The notes under the pieces were generated by a model. The model saw only the letters and a list, made by a program, of their open reading frames with translations, made no database searches and had not been told where the DNA came from. This document shows, in pieces, positions 59,489 to 64,000 of a DNA stretch of 64,000 bases (position 1 is the first letter of the stretch; every line of letters starts with the position of its first letter). A program made the translations under genes and the position numbers. This stretch comes from Dehalococcoidia bacterium (GTDB lineage: Bacteria; Chloroflexota; Dehalococcoidia; SM23-28-2; HRBIN24), in assembly GCA_035574155.1 (NCBI GenBank), contig DATLZD010000021.1, positions 72,608 through 136,607 of the forward strand. The letters are read 5' to 3'.

Positions 59489-60565
59489 ATGGAAGCCCGT
59501 CAGGCGTCCGTCCCCGCTGAGGAAGTCCTGGCCCAGGTGCGCCGTCGCCTCCTGGAGCGAGAGGAGTGCCTCTCGCCCTTTGCGGCCCGCAGCCGCTCCT
59601 CGCGCGGACGCCAGCGGCCCGAAGAGCCGTCGCCGGTGCGGACCGAATTCCAGCGCGACCGTGACCGTATCATCCACAGCAAGGCCTTTCGTCGGCTAAA
59701 GCACAAGACGCAGGTCTTCATTGCCCCCAGCGGTGACCACTTCGTCACCCGCCTGACCCACACCCTCGAGGTGGCCCAGATAGCCCGGACCATCGCCCGC
59801 GCCCTGGACCTGAACGAAGACCTGACGGAGGCAATAGCCCTGGCCCATGACCTGGGCCACCCTCCCTTCGGCCACGCCGGCGAGGAGACGCTGGCCGAGC
59901 TGGTCCCAGGAGGCTTCCGACATGCCGAACAGGGGCTGCGGGTGGTGGAGCGCCTGGAGAAAGGGGGCAGGGGACTGAACCTGACCTGGGAGGTGCGCGA
60001 CGGCATCCTCTACAGCTCCAAGCCGCGGGAGGACATCCTGGGCGAGGGGATGGGCACGCCAGCCACCCTCGAAGGGCAGGTGGTCAAGATCGCCGATGCC
60101 GTCGCCTACCTGAACCACGACATAGCCGATGCCATCCGCGCCGGCCTCCTGTCGGAGGACGAGCTGCCGGCCGTGGTCCAGGAGCGACTGGGCCGCAGCC
60201 ACTCCCAGCGCATCAACGCCATGGTCTGCGATATCGTGGTGGCCTCTTGGGCAGCCAGTGGGCGCCTGGGCCAGCACGTGCAGCCGCGCATCGTCATGAG
60301 CCCGCCGGTGCACGAGGCGGCCAACGTCCTGCGGGAGTTCATGTTCCGCCGCGTATACCAGTGGGAGGGGAGAAGGGAGGAGGCCGAACGGGCCAAGCGG
60401 GTCGTCCGCTTCCTCTACACCTACTTCCGCGACCACCCGGAGGAGATAAAGAGCGACTACGTCATCCCCGACGACCCGCCCTGGCGTCAGGCAGCCGACT
60501 ACGTTTCGGGCATGACGGACCGCTTCGCCCTGGAGACGGCCTACCGCCTGGGCTACCGGGACTGA
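59489..60565 (+). CDS. dgt: dGTP triphosphohydrolase-like HD-domain protein
   Basis: HD motif HTLEVAQIART...AHDLGHPPFGH; start placed after the tRNA-Sec 3' end. Confidence 0.8.
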   Translation: MEARQASVPAEEVLAQVRRRLLEREECLSPFAARSRSSRGRQRPEEPSPVRTEFQRDRDRIIHSKAFRRLKHKTQVFIAPSGDHFVTRLTHTLEVAQIARTIARALDLNEDLTEAIALAHDLGHPPFGHAGEETLAELVPGGFRHAEQGLRVVERLEKGGRGLNLTWEVRDGILYSSKPREDILGEGMGTPATLEGQVVKIADAVAYLNHDIADAIRAGLLSEDELPAVVQERLGRSHSQRINAMVCDIVVASWAASGRLGQHVQPRIVMSPPVHEAANVLREFMFRRVYQWEGRREEAERAKRVVRFLYTYFRDHPEEIKSDYVIPDDPPWRQAADYVSGMTDRFALETAYRLGYRD

Positions 60566-60645
60566 CTGTCCGAAAGGTGACAGAGGCCTGAAATCTTTGC
60601 CCACCCTCGGGCGTTTACAATAAGCGGTGTAGGGCCGGCCCGGTC

Positions 60646-62529
60646 ATGGATATCGTCGAAGAGGTCAAGGCACGCCTGGACATAGTCGAGGTGGTAGGGG
60701 AATACGTACCCCTGCAGAGGGCCGGACGCTATTACCGTGCCCTGTGTCCCTTCCACAGCGAGCGGACGCCCTCGTTCTATGTCTCGCCCGAGAGGCAGAG
60801 CTGGCACTGCTTCGGGGCCTGTAGCACTGGCGGGGACGTCATCTCCTTCGTCATGCGCAAGGAGGGCCTCGACTTCCGCGATGCCTTGCGACTGCTGGCC
60901 CAACGGGCCGGCGTCCCCCTGCCGGAGCGACGGGAGCGGCCCGAGGAGGAGCGCTTCCAGCGTCTGCGAGCGGCCACCGAGGCGGCCGCGCAGTTCTACC
61001 ACCGCCAGTTGGTGGAGTCCAACGAGGCAGCCCCTGCCCGCCGCTACCTGGAGGGTAGGGGCGTGGACATGGAGGCGTGTCGCCGCTTCCTCCTGGGCTA
61101 CAGCCCCCAGGGCAGGGACGCCCTCCGCCGGCACCTGCTCTCGCTGGGCTTCCGCGACGGCGAGCTCCTGGAGGCGGGGCTTCTGCTCGAGGGCGAAGGC
61201 GTGCTGCGCGACCGCTTCCACGGTCGCATCATGTTCCCCATCTGGGACGAACGGGGCAGGCCCGTGGGCTTCGGTGCCCGCGCCCTGGACGACTCCCATC
61301 CCAAATACCTGAACACCCCCCAGACGCCCATCTTCGACAAGGGGGGCCTCCTCTACCTGCTGGACCGCGCGCGCGAGGAGGTGCGGCGGTCGGGGTGTGC
61401 CGTCATAGTAGAGGGCTACATGGATGCCATCGCCGCCCATCAGAGCGGATATACCAATGTGGTGGCATCCATGGGCACGGCCCTGACGGAGCGCCAGGTC
61501 CAGCTCCTGAAGCGCTATGCCCGACGTATCGTGCTGGCCCTGGACGCCGACGCCGCAGGTGCCGCCGCGGCGGTCCGCGGGCACGAGGTGGTCGCCGCCG
61601 TCACCGCCGGCGAGGGGGAGACGGTCCCGGTCCTCTCGTGGCAGGGGATGGTGCGCTACCAGGAGCGGGCGGCCGTCGACCTGCGAGTGGCCCTGCTCCC
61701 CCAGGGAAAGGACCCGGACGAGGTCATAAGGGCCTCGCCAGCGGAGTGGCGGGAGCTGGTGGAGGGGGCGGAGCCGATACTGGAGTTCCGCTTCCGTCAC
61801 GCAGCCCAATCGCGCGACCTCCGAGACCCCCGCGCCCGCTCGGAGCTGGTGCAGGAGCTGCTGCCCCTCGTAGACGCCATCGCCGACCCGGTGGTGCGGG
61901 CACACTACCTGCAGCGGTTGGCCCGGCTGGCCCAGGTCCGGGAGGAGGACCTGCGCCCTTACCTGCGCCGCCGTCGGCCCACCCAGCAGCCAGAGGAGGC
62001 TGCCGCTGCACCCCAGCCCTCCCGCGACCGACGGGAGGACTGGCTGCTGGCCCTGCTGCTGCGCTACTCTCCCCTCCGTCCGCTGGGGATGACCATTCCG
62101 GAGGAGCTGTTCTGGGACAGTGCCAACCGCCAGGTGCTGAGGGCCTGGAAAAACTGCCGGGACCTCGCCGAGCTGCACCAGGCTCTGCCGGAAGAGCTGC
62201 ACCAACACGTGGAGTCCCTCATTTCTCTTTGGACAAGGTTCGACCCGACGTGGGATAATGATTATGGCGAGAAGGCCTTGCAGTCGTTGCTGAGGCGGCT
62301 GGAGGAGCGGCAGCTCCGCGCCGAGAAGATGGCCCGGGCCGCAGCCCTGGCAGCCCAGGAGGAGGCCACGGGCAGCATGCCTCTGCTGGAGGAGGCGCTC
62401 CGCACCCTCACAGAAGGGCGGGAGGCAGGAGACTCCCCCCTCCCCCTGTTGTTGGAAGACCTGGAGCTGGGCCTGCGCCTCCACCGCCGCCCAGGCACCC
62501 ACCGGACCGGTCCTGAGAACACGGGGTGA
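60646..62529 (+). CDS. dnaG: DNA primase
   Basis: Zinc ribbon CPFHSERTPSFYV...WHCFGC and TOPRIM domain. Confidence 0.9.
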   Translation: MDIVEEVKARLDIVEVVGEYVPLQRAGRYYRALCPFHSERTPSFYVSPERQSWHCFGACSTGGDVISFVMRKEGLDFRDALRLLAQRAGVPLPERRERPEEERFQRLRAATEAAAQFYHRQLVESNEAAPARRYLEGRGVDMEACRRFLLGYSPQGRDALRRHLLSLGFRDGELLEAGLLLEGEGVLRDRFHGRIMFPIWDERGRPVGFGARALDDSHPKYLNTPQTPIFDKGGLLYLLDRAREEVRRSGCAVIVEGYMDAIAAHQSGYTNVVASMGTALTERQVQLLKRYARRIVLALDADAAGAAAAVRGHEVVAAVTAGEGETVPVLSWQGMVRYQERAAVDLRVALLPQGKDPDEVIRASPAEWRELVEGAEPILEFRFRHAAQSRDLRDPRARSELVQELLPLVDAIADPVVRAHYLQRLARLAQVREEDLRPYLRRRRPTQQPEEAAAAPQPSRDRREDWLLALLLRYSPLRPLGMTIPEELFWDSANRQVLRAWKNCRDLAELHQALPEELHQHVESLISLWTRFDPTWDNDYGEKALQSLLRRLEERQLRAEKMARAAALAAQEEATGSMPLLEEALRTLTEGREAGDSPLPLLLEDLELGLRLHRRPGTHRTGPENTG

Positions 62530-62538
62530 TGTGATAAC

Positions 62539-64000
<1,462 letters not shown>

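Overview
This is a high-GC (~68%) bacterial chromosome window, densely coding and almost entirely housekeeping. Gene content suggests a Chloroflexi/Thermomicrobia-like organism. It carries split FO-synthase genes cofG/cofH and several PPOX-class putative F420 enzymes, a Trp T-box leader, and a tRNA-Sec.

Main blocks:
- lepB 3' end, a PPOX-class gene and tRNA-Lys.
- sufBCDS on the minus strand.
- A T-box (UGG specifier) leader followed by a long plus-strand trp supraoperon: trpB2-trpS-trpE, a MacB/FtsX-type ABC transporter, a RelE/ParE toxin-antitoxin pair with its own extended -10 promoter, then trpG-trpD-trpC-trpF, a 347-bp structured spacer, and trpB.
- DedA.
- A co-directional AAA+ (ChlI-like)/PPOX/vWA block, directly followed by a copper locus: a His-rich two-TM peptide, a YcnI-like secreted protein, a CopC-CopD fusion and a 46-aa TM peptide.
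- An alpha/beta hydrolase, a VOC-family protein and a lipid (DAG) kinase.
- A 13-gene, heavily overlapping minus-strand operon: recF-recJ-nnr-acpS-tyrS-ribF-UroD-like-scpA-DAHP synthase-aroH-trpA-CPBP protease.
- tusA/dsrE-like pair, rpsT, an SCP2 protein, an LCP protein, alr and one unknown gene.
- cofG-cofH, dinB and a UbiB/ABC1 kinase.
- A MerR-like HTH gene followed by sirC-hemA-hemC-cobA/hemD-hemB-HAD-hemL, then tRNA-Sec.
- dgt-dnaG-rpoD (rpoD is truncated at the window end).

No transposases, integrases, CRISPR arrays or rRNA genes were seen. Many true starts are GTG/TTG codons overlapping the preceding stop, so several ORF-track N-terminal extensions are artifacts. Coordinates of non-CDS features were read by hand from the sequence and may be off by 1-2 nt.
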